Assembly (NCBI RefSeq): GCF_963921235.1
Contig: NC_086097.1
Span: forward strand, 162,690,001-162,754,000
Direction: 5' to 3'
From: Mobula hypostoma
Lineage: Eukaryota
Length of the DNA: 64,000 nucleotides
Shown here: positions 63,277 to 64,000 of the stretch, piece after piece
How positions within the stretch are numbered: the stretch's first letter is position 1
Layout: every line of letters starts with the position of its first letter
Notes under the pieces: generated by a model
The model's input: the letters and a program-made list of their open reading frames with translations, nothing else
What the model was told of the DNA's origin: nothing
Databases searched by the model: none
Position numbers and translations under genes: made by a program

Positions 63277-64000
63277 TCCCTCGTCCCTGTGCCGAAGACG
63301 CCGCGCCCCAGCGGCCTCCATGACTACAGACCGGTGGCATTGACCTCCCACATCATGAAGACCCTGGAAAGACTTGTTCTGGAGCTGCTCTGGCCTATGG
63401 TCAAGCCACACTTAGATCCCCTCCAGTTCGCCTACCAGCCCTGACTAGGAGTTGAGGATGCCATTGTCTACCTGCTGAACTGTGTCTATGCCCACCTGGA
63501 CAAGCCAGCGAGCACTGTGAGGGTCATGTTTTTTGAGTTCTCCAGTGCGTTCAACACCATCCGCCCTGCTCTGCTGGGGGAGAAGCTGACAGCGATGCAG
63601 GTGGATGCTTTCCTGGTGTCATGGATTCTTGATTACCTGACTGGCAGACCACAGTACGTGTGCTTGCAACACTGTGTGTCCGACAGAGTGATTAGCAGCA
63701 CTGGTGCTCCACAGGGGACTGTCTTGTCTCCCTTTCTCTTCACCATTTACACCTCGGACTTCAACTACTGCACAGAGTCTTGTCATCTTCAGAAGTTTTC
63801 TGATGACTCTGCCATAGTTGGATGTATCAGCAAGGGAGATGAGGTCGAGTACAGGGCTACTGTAGGAAACTTCATGACATGGTGTGAGCAGAATTATCTG
63901 CAGCTTAATGTGAAAAAGACTAAGGAGCTGGTGGTAGACCTGAGGAGAGCTAAGGTACCGGTGACCCCTGTTTTCATCCAGAGGGTCAGTGTGGACATGG
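63277..64000 (+). mobile_element. Young Rex1/Babar-type LINE (runs off the window), near-identical to 57755-59536 but inverted
   Basis: LVPVPKTPRPSGLHDYRPVALTSHIMKTLERLV...LDPLQFAYQP*, GAPQGTVLSPFLF, KFSDD. Long stretches match the reverse complement of 58520-59215. Confidence 0.9.

Noticed and set aside
1..64000. CRISPR arrays, operons, rRNA or other prokaryotic systems
   Set aside because: No regularly spaced repeats or gene-dense ORFs; the sequence is spliced vertebrate gene plus TEs.

Overview
AT-rich vertebrate genomic DNA. The repeat complement (V-SINE/HE1-like, CR1, Rex1/Babar, Penelope) suggests a cartilaginous fish, probably a ray (inference). The window lies inside one + strand gene of the ARHGAP18/28/40 RhoGAP family. 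Six internal coding exons (17759-17955, 20435-20652, 48026-48116, 53936-54096, 54642-54807, 61123-61214) have canonical AG/GT sites and consecutive compatible phases. I found no first exon, and most of the GAP domain lies downstream. The rest is intron packed with decayed, often nested transposons: CR1, Rex1/Babar, L1, RTE-like, tRNA-SINEs, a Charlie-type hAT, a Tigger/pogo and a Tc1. The most notable signal is a Penelope-like retroelement (RT + GIY-YIG) with inverted termini carrying a minimal hammerhead ribozyme. A family of short, mostly palindromic, TSD-flanked elements in the window is built from the same ribozyme-bearing terminus. Most entries in the ORF track are spurious or TE fragments. 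Family assignments rest on recalled motifs; no searches were run, and repeat boundaries without TSDs are approximate.
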